Shown: positions 39,301-53,326, numbered from the stretch's first letter. The stretch is DNA of 64,000 nt from Squalus acanthias (GCA_030390025.1 CM059431.1:102674001-102738000), one strand, 5' to 3'. Numbers and translations are program-made. Notes: a model not told the origin generated them from the letters alone.

Positions 39301-40508
39301 AGTCCTTGATTCCATGGTCCTTCCAATTTACTTTCTACGTTTTTGTTTTCCAATTCCAGTTTTTCTTTCCTCCCTTTTGACTCTATACTTAGGTTCCCAT
39401 CCCCCTGCCAAGCTAGTTTAAACCCTCCCCAAAAGCACCATCAAACCCTCCCATGAGGATATTGGTCCCGCTCCCGTTGAGGTGCAACCCGTCTGGCTTG
39501 TAGAGGTCCCACCTCCCCCAGAAGTGGATCTAATTCCTCAGGAATCTAAAGAACCTCCCTCCTACACCATCTCTCCAGCCATGCATTCATCTGCTCTATC
39601 TTCCTACTTCTATACTCACTAGCACGTGGCACTGGAGATTACTACCCTTGGAGGTCCTGCTTTTTAACCTCTTTCCTAGCTCCCTAAACTCTGCCTGCAG
39701 CCGTTCAGTGACATCCTTGACCCTGAAACCAGGGAGGCAACATACCATCCTGGAGTCACGTCTGCGGCCGCAGAAACGCCTGTCTGCTCTCCAAACTATT
39801 GAATCCCCTATCAGTATTGCTCTCCCTCTCCTCTTCCCCCCCCACCCCACTGCCTGTGCAGCATGGTGCTGTGGACTTGGCTCTGGCTGCACTCCCCAGA
39901 GGAACCAACGCCCTCACCAGTACTCAGCACCGAATACTGGTTGGTGAGCAAGATGGGCTCAGGGGACTCCTGCACTACCTGTCTGGTCCTCCTCTTCTGT
40001 CTGACGGTCACCCATTCCCTCTCTGCCTGCACACTCTTAAGTTGTGGGGTGACCACCTCCCGAAAGGTGCTATCCACGTAGCTCTCAGCCTCGCGGATGC
40101 ACAGCAGTGACTGCAGCCGCCGCTCAAGCTCCGTAACCCGGTGCTCGAGCTGCTGTAGCTGGTGACACTTCCTGCACATGTGGTCGTCCAGACCACGGGA
40201 GGTGTCCAGGAGTTCCCACATGGCACAGGATGTGCATTCCACGGGTGTAAGCTGCCCTGCCATACCACTAATTAACAAGACTATTTACTAACCTAGCTGG
40301 AATAAACTTAAAACTTTAAGAAAGCCAAGTAAAAAACACTTACCAGATACTCACCAATCAGCTCCCTCTTTTTGAACGTTTAGTTTTTAATCCCGGCTCT
40401 TAATTTAAACCAATGCCCAAAATAAAGAGAGAAATACTGACCAAGCAATCACTTCTCTGCTTTCCTGTGACGTCACTCCTTGTTTTTGTTGTCAGGTCCA
40501 CTGCCTCC
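36314..40508 (-). mobile_element. Near full-length CR1 LINE (disrupted ORF1 and ORF2)
   Basis: ORF1 from ATG 40263 (CxxC...CxxC, IGDSIV esterase). ORF2 endonuclease (YFNARSI, IAITETWL, GDFN) and RT (YRPVSLTS, DFSKAFDKVPH, GVPQGSVLGP) broken by frameshifts; CR1 tail present. Confidence 0.95.
37044..37151 (+). mobile_element. Short Penelope-like 3' fragment inserted in CR1 ORF2
   Basis: Perfect 12-bp TSD TACACTACTCAG (37032-37043, 37152-37163); begins CGCTCCGAAAGCTT. Confidence 0.8.
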
Positions 40509-41364
40509 GTAGTACTCGTGGGTGATGGGCATTGTCAAGTGGCCAGTTACAGAAGGCCTACTGCCTGTACTTGTACCAACTGTGATGGTTGACCATCAGT
40601 GCCAGTTGTAGGTTCAGTGTTGTCCGAGACAGTACTTGCTGTCATTTGTACAGGGCCAACTGATGGGCATAGAATGGCTGTTCTAATAAGTGGTCATCAT
40701 GGCTCCTGTATTACTCTATGCATGCTGCTGCTGGAGGACATCTCATGATAGCCACTGATTTATGTGAGAATAGAACAGTGGGAACCTATGAGGCTTCAGA
40801 ATTGCTCTCATGGTTGCCTGTAACTGGTCTCTGAGCAAATTGAAGCCAGTTTATCTATATAGCAACATTGAATGGATATCGAGTAATTTACTGCATGCAA
40901 AGCACCGTTGGATGTATCATGATAAGGTGCTATATAATGCAAGTCTGTCTTCCGTTCACGACTGGAATCTTGGGAGTTTGGACAGCATATACCACTAGTT
41001 CCGTGCTCTATTCCAATATCCACAATCCCAATGCTGTCTAAAATCACAGCTTGCTCATGTGGAGTGGGGCTCTATAACTACATGTAATGATTTGCCTTTA
41101 AACACAAAACCATGGGGATTGAGACACACGATTAGGGCTCATAAAAATGCCTTCCTACAGAATATTATCTCCCACCATAGCTTGAATAATGTCATTTGCA
41201 TAACTGCTATTTTCACTTACAATGTGTCACTTTCTACATCCTTGCTAACAGTTTTTTGCATATTTTTTTTTACCAACTGCCAAATTTCCTTCATATGCAA
41301 ACATTTCCTGTGCAGCTACTTTACAGTAATATTAAGCCTTACCTTTGAGGTCTTTAAGTAGTGA

Positions 41365-41740
41365 TCCGAGCCATTCAGCCCATTGTGCCTGTGCCGGCTC
41401 TTTGAAGAGCTATTCAATTAGTCCCACTCCCCTGCTCTTTCCCCATAGCCCTGCAAATGTTTCCTTTTCAAGTATATATCCAAGTCCCTTTTGAAAGTTA
41501 TTACTGAATATGCTTCCACTACCCTCTCAGGCAGTGCACTCCAGATCATAAGTCGCTGCATAGAAGAATTTCTCCTCATCTCCCCTCTGGTTCTTTTGAC
41601 AATTATCTTAAAGCTGTGTTTCCGATAGGATAGATTAAGAGAAACAGTTTCCACCATTTTGTTTATATTGCCACTCATTCTTCCTTCCAAAATGCATCAC
41701 TTCACACCTCTCTGCATTAAATTTCATCTGCCATGTAGCA
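41365..41740 (-). mobile_element. CR1 fragment with internal deletion
   Basis: WQMKFNAERCEVMHFGRKN joined to WSALPERVVEA and the 3' tail. Confidence 0.85.
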
Positions 41741-42039
41741 AAGTCGTAACTTTTTTTCTGCAGCCAGGTCTTCCAAGCCACTAAGACAGTGTTCACTGTC
41801 AGTACGGTACTGGCACCCAAAGCACCTGCTTTGCATTTTTGGGGGCTGTAATCTCCCATCAAAAATATGCTTGTGTCACTTACTAGTGGCTCTTTAAATT
41901 GTTTTTGTTCTCAGTTGCTGTTTTCAGTGTTTCCTCAATTTAGTTTTCCTCCTGAATTAAGGAACATGCATTTCTCCCTTTTTAAACCAAAAAGAGAGAA
42001 ATATCAGGCCCGTAATTATCAATATCAATATTATCTTGG

Positions 42040-42500
42040 GATGGAACATAGGAACAGGAGTAGGCCATTGAGCCCGTCGAGCCTGTTCCACCATTCAATG
42101 AGATCATGGCTGATCTGTGATCTAACTCCATATACTCTTTGCCCCGTATCCCTTAATAACTTTGGTTAACAAAAATCTATCAATCTCAGATTTAAAATTA
42201 ACAATTGATCTAGCATTAATTGCCGTTTGCTGAAGAGAGTTTCAAACTTCTACCACCCTTTGTGCAGAAGTGTTTCCTAATTTCACTCCTGAAAGGTCTG
42301 GCTCTAATTTTTTTTAGACTATGCCCCTAGTCCTAGACACCCCAAACAGCGAAAATAGTTTCTCTCTATCTACCCTATCTGTTCCCACCAATATCTTGAA
42401 AACTTCAATCAGATCACCCCTTAATCTTCTCAATTCCAGGGAACACACCACTCCTCACAATTCAACCCTGGAGTTCGGGCATCATTCTGGTAAACCTAGC
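42040..42500 (-). mobile_element. CR1 LINE 3' end
   Basis: GGAACATAGGAACAGGAGTAGGCC tail and RGDLIEVFKIL on the minus strand. Confidence 0.85.
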
Positions 42501-43179
42501 TTCAACTCTGTTAACTTAGCTCCCTCATATTGCTAGTTACAATGACACTTCCAAGTTAATCTTTTCAGTAGTGTCGTCAGTCAAAAACAAAAAGGATCCC
42601 ACGAGCAATTCCTGATGAGAATTCTTAGTGTACTACATGAATCAGTTTTCTCATGTATGACAATCAGAAGTAATAGGCTATCTTAGATGAAGAGAAGCAT
42701 GCTGTGTCTAGATGAAGCAGCAGACTCAATAATTAGGATACTAGGTCCCAGTAATGAGATTAGATCACTACTGCTTAACTCCACGATGGCAGAGAACCAC
42801 AATTTTCAAGGCCAGTGGAGTTATTAGAATCAGTAGTGTTTTGCATTCTCATTTCCTCATACTCTGGGAATCAAAATGAACAGAAGGAAAACACAGAGCA
42901 ACATTTCCTCCCAGACCAACAATTCAGTATTGACGCTTCCTTGTATCTGGGTTTCAAGCAATACAATTGGAAAGTATAATTTGTCCGTCGCCGTAAACAG
43001 TTCTACTCTTAAATAACCTCAAATCTCAAAATATATCATCTTGAACAACTCATTCACTCGTGTGTGTATATTAGAGCCTGCTTTAGCCATTTGCTACTTT
43101 ACCTACACCAGGCAAGTGTTGAGCTTAGAGGATGACCAAGAATGATCTGGACACCAGTAGTGAATATGATCGAGAATAT

Positions 43180-43500
43180 GGGCTGGATTTTGTCTTGGGG
43201 TCGGGTTGGGGTCGTGTCATCCGCATTTCGTGTTCCCCCCCGACTCCAGATTAATGTGGATGAATGATGCAATTTTCACTTAATTGGACAATTGAGTTTC
43301 AGCATGTGGGAACCCATGAACTAATTAGTGGTTTCAGTCTGAAAGTCGCCTCTGATGATGTCATCATTGCTGCTGCATTGCAGGTCAGAGACTGACTGCC
43401 TGGTCTCAGAGACTGACTGGATGTTGATGAGAGAGGACCTGCCTGGCTTTTGCTGTGAGTGGACCTGGATGCAAAATGGAGATGGAGAGAGAGAGACAGA

Positions 43501-43563
<63 letters not shown>

Positions 43564-44012
43564 TTTCTTTGCATCCAAGTCCTCTCACAGCAAAGGCCAG
43601 GCAGTCTCTGAAGACATTCAATGCAGCAGCATCAGAGGCAACTTTCAGACCTAATACTGCTACTACCTTCATCACATCTCCGTTGTAATAGTGGACCTGC
43701 AGCTCATAGTCAGCTATCCACTTGTGCTCCCGCCAGGTTTCACTGGAGTGTTTCACACCAGGCGTACTTCACGTCAGAAAACGGTTAAACTAGCTAAAAC
43801 GTTTCAAAATGGCATTACAGAGCCAATTTAGGGTTTGTTAAGGGCTTTAATGGCCTCTCCCGCCTCTTGGAGGCGGGACGGAGTCGGGAACCCCGCGACT
43901 GATTTTGTCAAAATTGCGTGGAGGCGGGATGGAGTCGGGACCCCCGACCCCGCAAATTTAACCCCCCACACGCCTCCAAACCCGACTCCATGGGTCATTC
44001 AAAATCCAGCCC
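43180..44012. mobile_element. MITE copy B (inverted relative to copy A) with an internal (GA)n microsatellite at about 43485-43562
   Basis: Same TIRs and body as 26525-27117. Confidence 0.85.
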
Positions 44013-44749
44013 CATGTCTCTATTTACTCATGGATAAAGGGGTCCCGGAATAGACTGTCCTAGGACCAGCATCTACAAGTCCAACAAGGCTAACTATACC
44101 ATTCATAGACATCATCTATGGCGCAAAAGGCAGCTGCAACCCACATCACCAGCCAGAGCTCTCCCCTTTACCTTTTCTCGCTGCTTCCTACCACCTCTCA
44201 CACTCAGCAACCCAAGCACACATACTTTCCGGCGCCTCATCATTTCCTTCCTGCTGTTAACCACCTGTGATTTCCTGCCCTTCCCCTCTTACTACTTCCA
44301 CTCTGGCAAAATTCCTCGTTGACCAACACCCTGCATTTATCAACAGAAAATATATCTCGTCAACTCCCTCCACCTGTAACCTGCAGCCCGAAAGGTACCT
44401 GCAGCAATGGCCAGATGCCTCCCTTCCCATATTATACCTTCCCCCAACACACCACCTAAAAGGACAGGAGACAAAGGAGGAGAGGGGGGGGGGGGGGCAA
44501 TGAGAACAAAAGAGTTAAGAAAAACAACTAGATGCAAAGAGAAAGAAGGGATAGAGAAGCAGACAAATGAGAGGGAAGAGAAAACAAAAGAAGCATAAGA
44601 GAAAAGCAACAACGATCAGAGACAGTAAGAGAGAGAGAGAGAAAGCACATGAACACCACAGGAGATAATAAAAATCAACTTTCAACACTGTGCTGAGGAT
44701 AAAGCTTATCACAATGCTCTCAATGAACTGTTTAAGCCAATCCAGTAGG

Positions 44750-44940
44750 GGGAGATACAGGACTCTCTTTCCTCCTTGAAGACACTCCTTAAAACCTACC
44801 TCTTTGATCAACCTTTCGTCACCTGTCCCAATATCTCCTTATGTGGCTCGGCGTCAAATTTTGTTCGATACCACTCCTGTGAAGTGCCATGGGACGTTTT
44901 ACTACGTTAAAGGCGCTATATAAATTCAAGTAGTTGTTGC
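44750..44940 (+). mobile_element. L2-type 3' tail
   Basis: Reverse complement of the L2 end at 53840-53990. Confidence 0.75.
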
Positions 44941-46389
44941 ATATGATCAGCTTCATTTAACTTCGCTCAGTCTCACCACCATCTACTCAACTGTCCCACA
45001 AAGCAGCATATTTACGTACAAACTACAACTCTGCAGTCCATTTATCTGTTCTCTCAAGTAAAACATCTGCAATCACCTAGATGCAAGAGACATAAAAAGG
45101 TTGAAGTGTGCTGAATGGCCCCCTCTCATTCTCCACTGTGTTCTTCAGTAAGGCTTCAGTACAGTGTAAGCGTTCAATACACAGATGCAAATGTTCCCAC
45201 AATTATTTGCAAATTTCCATACGTTACAAACACTCTTTGTAGCGCACTACAATTGCTTTTGGTACTCAGAAACAGTATCACAATTTCATCTTTCTGCTAC
45301 TTTAACCCTGAAAAATCAGACACTAACCTTTGCATTGTAACGTTTTTATACTCTTATAATATGCTATCGTCGGTGTAATGATTAAAATTCAAAAATTAAA
45401 GATACATTCTAACAAAGGCAATACAAAAGATTGACTGTGGTACGTCTTGCTCTTCAAATCACTAGAGTTACAGTTTGAAGTGTTTTACTTAGACAGAAGC
45501 CTTTTCTCCTCGCAGATGTCACATATACACTAACCACATTGTTAGTATCCCACAATTTTGCCGGTTACGTTTGTAATGAGTAAACCGACTGTAAAATTCT
45601 ACAACTGATCCAATTGCTACCAATAAGGCCAAACAGTAACACTGCTTTTCCCCAATTTCCCTTGCCAGAAATACAGTCTATACATGCTAATATTTTGCAG
45701 CAATCGCTCAATTATTGAGGGGAAATTCTATTGGGATGACTACTCAGGATTTCATGGAGAGGTGCACTGCAAATGAAACAGTCTTTGGATTTTCCATCGA
45801 AAAGACCTTGAACATTTCTCTGCTGCTTTCTCCTTCCTCTTTCTACCTCATGCACACAGTATGTTGTAAACAGATAGTGCAGGTCTAACTATTTAAACTC
45901 TTTCCTTCCTGGCACATTTCCCAGATGACTGGCTTGGCCTGGGTTAGGTTTCCTTCTGAATCCAGCCGAATCAGTTTTAACTAAGGAGGTCATAATACTC
46001 TTAATTTGTGTGCTCCGGCAATTGTGTTTTTTTTAAAAAAAAAGCATCTACATCTCAGGTAGGTTACTGCAGTATTGAAAACTATGACATGTACTTTTCC
46101 CACCCCTAGCAATTTAACCTTTCAAAATGTTTTGTGCACTTTTGATAGAGCAACACAGAATCAATTAAAATGTTTACTGTTGTCATCATGGTGGGAGGCA
46201 AAGAGGACAGAGTATGAATACCGCCAGCAGATCAACAGAACAGATATATTTTTCTGTTTTAGTATTAAACACAGTCAATTTCTATATGACAGGAGCAAAA
46301 GGAAGAATGGGTTAAATCGTGTCTGCAGGACTTTGTAAATGGAAATTCCATTACTGCAAACAGAATATATAGTTTTTCCTTTATTGAAC

Positions 46390-46555
46390 AGTCCAAAGAT
46401 GTGCGGGTTAGGTTGATTTGGCTATGATAAATTGACCCTTAGTGTTAGGGGGATTAAATACGTGGGGTTACGGGGATAGGGTGGCATATGTGTCGGTGCA
46501 GGCTCGATGGGCCGAAATGGCCTCTATCTGCACTGTGGGGATTCTGTGATTCTGT
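46390..46555 (+). mobile_element. HE1-like (V-SINE) 3' fragment
   Basis: GTCCAAAGATGTGCGGGTTAGG core with CR1-type tail GATGGGCCGAAATGGCCT...GATTCT. Confidence 0.7.
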
Positions 46556-48324
46556 GAACAACATTGAAACTTGCAAAGATATTTTAACAATACTTTCAAG
46601 AAAAGCTCAACACTTTTCTTTAGCAAATAAAATTACTCAGCAAAACACGAGTCAGTATACCCTCAAGTTTGTTAATCACTAAATCGGGGCAATAAATTCA
46701 GTCTGATGGATAAGCTCTACTGCAACATTTGGTAAATGAGAAATGCTCTGCAGACGAACTTCTCAATTTGAACAGAGACTTATCCGTTATGATTATTCTC
46801 TTGGGCGCTGCTGGCAAGGTGACCATTTATTACCCATCCCTAGATGCCCCAAGGTGGTGGTGGAATTTGTTCTTGAAACGCTGCAGCGGTTCAATACAAC
46901 CGAGTGGCTTGCTGGGTCACTTCGCACAGTTAAGAGTCAATCACGTTGGTGTAGAACTGGAGTCACATTTTGGCCAGGCCAAGTAAGGACGGCAGGTGGG
47001 AAAGGATTACAAAACTTTAACGGAATTAACTTCAGAGGTCACAAACCACCTACCAACACTGATGCTCCAAACTTGTGTTACTGTCATAATTTCATGTATT
47101 TATTTTACGTAAAGGGCAGTTTTACCTTTTTAGTTTTAAATCAGTGATTTATTCATGTACATTCACAGATTCCTGGTATTAGTTTTTTCAGGGGGATAAT
47201 GTGAGCAAATGTGTAATACAAAATTTTGCACTTGGTAGAAGCAGATCACAAAGTTTGTGCAGGAAATTGCTGGATTATTTAACATCTCGTATATACTGTA
47301 CTTTGTATTATCTTCCAAACCTATTCTATAGATTTGCATCAGTTAATGCTATATTATGACTTGTTACAGAATATAACACGAAGATTTTCTTGCTGGCAAA
47401 TTACTAGTTATTCTGCTGAATTTAATCAAAATGTTCAATTTAACATGGCCACCCATAAATGGTCTCCCTGTGACACATGCACTCTCAACTGGGTTTTGCC
47501 CCTTTGTGTGCTCCTTATCTCAGGGTCACAAAATTCACTTCGAAGTACTAGATTAAAGCAAACCTCTACAGAAGCTCCTTCCAGCATCCATGCAAGAGTG
47601 CAATTTAAAACGCTTTAGCAATCGCCGATGGCTTCTGTGCCCAAGTGACTGGCCCCAATAGTCATGTAATAACAACGTACAGATCTACAATAGCTTAAAT
47701 CAACTACAGCAAAAATAGTGAGCTATATTCAATCCAAAGTCTGTGATAAGTTTTCACTGCGATTTAAATAAAGCCTAATGGTGGGCAGGTGAAAAACAAC
47801 CAGCAGTATAATTAGACTTTCTCCTTTTAAACTTGGGTTGTGCCTAATGAAAACATTTTGAGTTGTATGGTTAAGTACAGGTGGCTACATGTCTTTCGCT
47901 GCAAGATGGCAATTTGAGATGAATCAATCAAGAGCTTCACACAAGATGCATACTGGTACAACATTAAAGGGTATTCACTTAAATATGACTTTCAAATAAT
48001 ATATTACTATCAATATTCTAAATATGCCTGGTTGTCAACAATGACAGCAGTTGCATTAACTTGGGTGGTTTATTAAATATTACTATAATTCTGCTTTGCA
48101 ATTCCCATTCTGCTACCTTCCAAGCGCCACAATGATATACATCAGCCAGGAAGACAAGCAATGTGGTCTGCGGATTTCTGTGTTTGCCATCAATGCCATT
48201 CTACGTGGATCAGCACAAAGCACTTTGAGAGTGGAACAGGTTCACCTACACTCATTTTAGAATGCACAATATTCTACACTATGCAAGCATTCAAAACTCT
48301 TGCAAAAACAATCACCAAGAAACT

Positions 48325-48735
48325 AAAAACTGAACAGGCTTGGGCTCTTTTCTCGCTAAAAAAGACTGAGGCGACCCAATAGACATCTTTTTAAATTACG
48401 AAAGCATTTGATAGGGTAGACGTGGGGAGGATGTTTCCACTTGTGGGGGAGTCCAAAACTGAGGGCCATAAATACAAGATAGTCACTAATAAATCCAATA
48501 GGGAATTCAGGAGAAACATCTTTACTCAGTGGTGAGAATGTGGAACTCGCTACCACATGGAATGGTTGAGACAAATAGCATAAATTCATTTAAGGAGAAG
48601 TTAGATAAGTATATGAGAAAGAAAGGAATAGAAGTATACGTTGATAAGGGGAGATTAAGTCATGTGGGAGAAGGCAGGTGTGGAGCATAAACATCGGAAT
48701 GACCGGTTTCTGTACTGTAAAATTCTATGTAATAG
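48325..48735 (+). mobile_element. CR1 LINE 3' end
   Basis: Homologous to 1450-1945. Confidence 0.88.
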
Positions 48736-50999
48736 GCTGCTTCAAAACAAAAATAAGTCAATGTTAATTTCATTAACAAAAATGTTTACCAAGTTCCTTT
48801 CAGTGTATTAGAGGGTTTCTGATCATCATTGTAAGTAAGTTTTGTAGGAGAAGTAGGAATCTTCAGTCCTCACACAATTCAGATAAGATGTAAACTAATT
48901 GTACACAATTACCAAGAAAATTCCAGTTTTTTAAAAATGCAAATTGTGAAACAGAATAATCTCATGAAAAGGTGGATGCTGTTCCTATATGTATCAAACT
49001 GTTAACCATTAACATTTAATTCATAAGAAAGAACTCAAAAGACTGGTCCAGGAAAAAAAAACTAGTAGCTGCAGGCAAACATTCCTATCATTCTTTTAAA
49101 ATATCTGCCTGGAGTACAAAGAATTCCATATACTTTTTTTCCCTTTTGAACATTTATTAGCCTTCTTGATTATTAGGCACATACATCCAACTGCATGAAG
49201 CTACCCATTCCAAATTTTGTTTCCCTGTCGATCTACTGCCATGAAAAGCTTTAGTAATCGTTGCTCTTCTAGGACAGTGAGCGAGAATCAGAATGCTACT
49301 CAGGATGGGGCTGTGAAATTGGTGTGTCTCACTATTTAACCCCTAGTGTGAAAGAATACCAACAGTTAAAAAGTTAAAAGAAAAATATTTCATTTTTATG
49401 GAACATGAATGTTGTATGTCTGAATTACACACCGAGTCTTGTACCAATGCACATCACCAATGGACACAATAACCAAGGTAAATTGAGCTTTGTCTTTTCT
49501 GCTGTGACTCAGATGACTTTGTCAAACAAACCATCGGTATTTGCAGGATAAATTTGCAGGGCTATGGGGAAAGAGCAGGGGGGAGTGGGACTAATTCAAA
49601 GAGCCAGCACAGGCACAATGGGCCGAATGGCTTCCTTCTGTGCTGTTTGATTCTATTTAACCCTTTCAGTCTGTTAAAAGAATGCAAAAGCTCTGGTTTT
49701 GGGGAGCTTACCCACTTGCTTTTTTCAATCAAGTATGGATAACTTGATTTAGGTTGCAAATGAAGCGCGCAGGAAGTAGTCATAAATAAAGTCAAAGAAG
49801 CATGTAATATTTTTAATTGTTAATTTTTTTTGCTTTAAAGTGGAATGCTGAAACAAATGTACGTTGCATGTTGACTTTTTTTGTTGTGCGTGCGTTGCGT
49901 GGGTATGAAATCCTATACTGTCTCCTTACTTTTCTATTCTTCCAAGATTATACACCAATATTTATCCCTCAATTAACACCTCCAGAAAACAGATTGGCTG
50001 GCCATTTCCCTCAATGCACATCATAGAACCCTGCTATGTGCAAAATGGCTGCTGCATTTGCCTACAAAAACAGCGACAACATTTCAAAAGCAATTCATTA
50101 GCTGTGAAGTGCTTTGGGATGTCGCAAGGACGAGACGCTAAAGGTGCTATGTAAATGCACCTTTTTCTTCAGAGGGGCAGCTCAGAAAATTACATAATGA
50201 GTTGGATAAGATGCACAAGTGAAATTTAATGCAGACAACTGTAAAATAGTGCACTTAAAAAAAGACAAAACTACTCCATGAATGCTCTAGAAATAGCCAA
50301 GGGGGAAGCTGAAAGCTATCTAATAGATTCTGTGCTCAGCATGTCCAACCAAAGCAGAGCAGCAATCAACAAAGCCAACATAATGTTGAACTACATAGCC
50401 AAAATAGCAGAATTCAAAATCAGAAGTTGTGACCAAACTGTACAGTGCTCTGGTCAGATTGCACCTCGTTTCCAGTTCTGGTCGCCAAGATTAAAGGTGA
50501 CATTCAAGCTCTAAAGGCAATTCCTAGTGTCAAAGGACTGAGCGGTGAGGAAAGACTGGAGGGACTTTGGCCTTTCAGTATGGAAAAGAAGGCATCTGAA
50601 AAGTGATCTTGTGTCTAGTGTGCAAAACATTAATCCAGAATATTACTTTAAATTAAATAGCAAGAGTAGGACAAGGGGACACAGATTCAAGTGAAAGGTA
50701 AATTTACAATTGATGCCTAGAAATTTGTCGTCACACAAAGAATGATCAATGAAAAGATAGACTTCCAGGAGGAGGAGTGCAAGTTGGATGTTGAAATGGG
50801 CAGGGGGATATCTCTGAATGGGTCAATTAAGATGCGCCAAATGGGTTTTCTTACACTTATCCATAATTATCTTACCAAGATGCAACATTCTAATATCCAA
50901 AATAAAATTTTAGATTTAGTTCTATTTTCATTACAGTGTCTCTTTCTTTTCCCTTTGCACAAGCAGTAGAAAATATATAGGGACTTCAATTTCTACATT

Positions 51000-53205
51000 A
51001 CATTTTTAACCTCCAGACCCACAGCAATGTGGTTGACTCTTAACTGCCCTCTGAATTGGCCTAGCAAGCTACTCAGTTGTAACAAACCGCTACAAAAAAC
51101 AATCAAAAGAATGAAACCAGACGGACCACCCGGCATCGACCGCGGCACCCCCAGCCCAGTCGACCCTACAAAGTCCTCCTCACCAACATCTGGGGACTTG
51201 TACCAAAATTGGGAGAGCTGTTCCACAGACTAATCAAGCAACAGCCTGACATAGTCATACTCACAGAATCATACCTTTCAGCCAATGTCCCAAACTCCTC
51301 CATCACCATCCCTGGGTATATCCTGTCCCACCGGCAGGACAGACCCACCAGGGGCGGTGGCACAGTGGTATACTGTCGGGAAGGAGTGGCCCTGGGAGTC
51401 CTCAACATTGACTCCGGACCCCATGAAGTCTCATTGCTTCAGGTCAAGCATGGGCAAGGAAACCTCCTGCTGATTACCACCTACAGCCCTCCCTCAGCTG
51501 ATGAATCAGTACTCCTCCATGTTGAACACCACTTGGAAGAAGCACTGAGAGTAGTAAGGGCACAGAATATCCCCACCATCACAGAAGCCAGTCTTCAGCC
51601 AATTCGATTCACTCCACGTGATATCAAGAAACGGCTGAGAGCACTGGATACAGCAAACGCTATGGGCCCCGACAACATCCCGGCTATCGTGCTGAAGACT
51701 TGTGCTCCCGAACTAGTCGCGCCTCTAGCCAAGCTGTTCTAGTACAGCTACAACACTGACATCTATCCGACAATGTGGAAAACTGCCCAGGTATGTCCTG
51801 TCCACAAAAAGCAGGACAAATTCAACCCGGCCAATTACCGCCCCATCAGTCTACTCTCAATCATCAGCAAAGTGATGGAAGGTGTCATCGACAGTGCTAC
51901 CAAGCGGCACTTACTCACCAATAACCTGCTCACGGATGCCCAGTTTGGGTTCTGCCAAGACCACTCGGCTCCCGACCTCATTACAGCCTTGGTCCAAACA
52001 TGGACAAAGGAGCTGAATTCCAGAGGTGAGGTGAGAGTGACTGCCTTTGACATCAAGGCAGCATTTGACCGAGTGTGGCACCAAGGAGCCCTAATAAAAC
52101 TGAAGTCAATGGGAATCGGGGGGGAAAACTCTCCACTGTCTGAAGTCATACCCTAGCACAAAGGAAGATGGTTGCGGTGGTTGAAGGTCAATCATCACAG
52201 CCCCAGGACATCGCGGTAGGAGTTCCTCAGGGCAGTGTCCTAGGTCCAACCATCTTCAGCTGCTTCATCAATGACCTTCCCTCCAACATAAGGTCAGAAA
52301 TGGGGATGTTCGCTGATGACTGCACAGTGTTCAGCGCCATTCACAACTCCTCAGATAATGAAGCAGTCCATGCCCGCATGCAACAAGACCTGCACGATGT
52401 TCAGGCTTGGGCTAAGTGGCAGGTAACATTCGTGCCACAGAAGTGCCAAGCAATGACTATCTCCAACAAGCGAGAGTCTAACCACCTCCCCTTGACATTC
52501 AACGGTATTACCATCACCGAATCCCCCACCATCAACATCCTGCAGGTCACCATTGACCAAAAACTTAACTGGACCAGCCACATAAATACTGTGGCAACAA
52601 GAGGAGGTCAGAGGCTAGGTATTCTGCAAGTGTCTCACCTCCTGACTCCCCAAAGCCTTTCCACCATCTACAAGGCACAAGTAAGGAGTGTGATGGAATA
52701 CTCTCCACTTGCCTGGATGAGTGCAGTTCCAACAACACTCAAGAAGCTCGACATCATCCAGGACAAAGCAGCCCGCTTGATTGGCACCCCATCCACCACC
52801 TTAAACATTCACTCTCTCCACCACCGGCGCACCGTGGCTGCAGTGTGTACCATCTACAAGATGCACCGCAGCAACTCGCCAAGGTTTCTTCGGCAGCACC
52901 TCCCAAACCCGTGACCTCTTTCACCTCGAAGGACAAGGGCAGCAGGCGCATGGGAACACCACCACCTCCAAGTTCCCCTCCAAGTCACACACCATCCTGA
53001 CTTAGAAATATATCGCCGATCCTTCATCACCGCTGGGTCAAAATCCTGGAACTCCCTCCCTAACAGCACTGTGGGAGTACCTTCACCACACGGACTGCAG
53101 CAGTTCAAGGCGGCGGCTCACCACCATCTTCTCGAGGGCAATTCGGGGTGGGCAATAAATGCTGGCCTTGCCAGCGACACCCATATCCCATAAACAAATT
53201 TTAAA
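51000..53205 (+). mobile_element. CR1-like LINE with a large internal deletion
   Basis: Endonuclease (PDIVILTESYL, RQDRPTRGGG) fused near 51570 to the pre-RT region (AMGPDNIP); YRPISLLS, GVPQGSVLGP and FADD motifs; intact 3' UTR. Confidence 0.9.
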
Positions 53206-53256
53206 AACCCTCTATCTATGAATCCCAGGACCCAGAATACTCATAAGGAAAATAGC

Positions 53257-53326
53257 TGTTCCCTCTAAGATACCACGTGTGCACAGCCGCTGTGTTACCG
53301 CGCACAAACATTTTTTAGAGGGAACA
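53257..53326. mobile_element. Tiny MITE remnant
   Basis: 12-bp inverted repeats TGTTCCCTCTAA / TTAGAGGGAACA. Confidence 0.55.

Noticed and set aside
43299..43756. ER-repeat and SL-repeat ORFs
   Set aside because: Translation of a (GA)n microsatellite inside a MITE.
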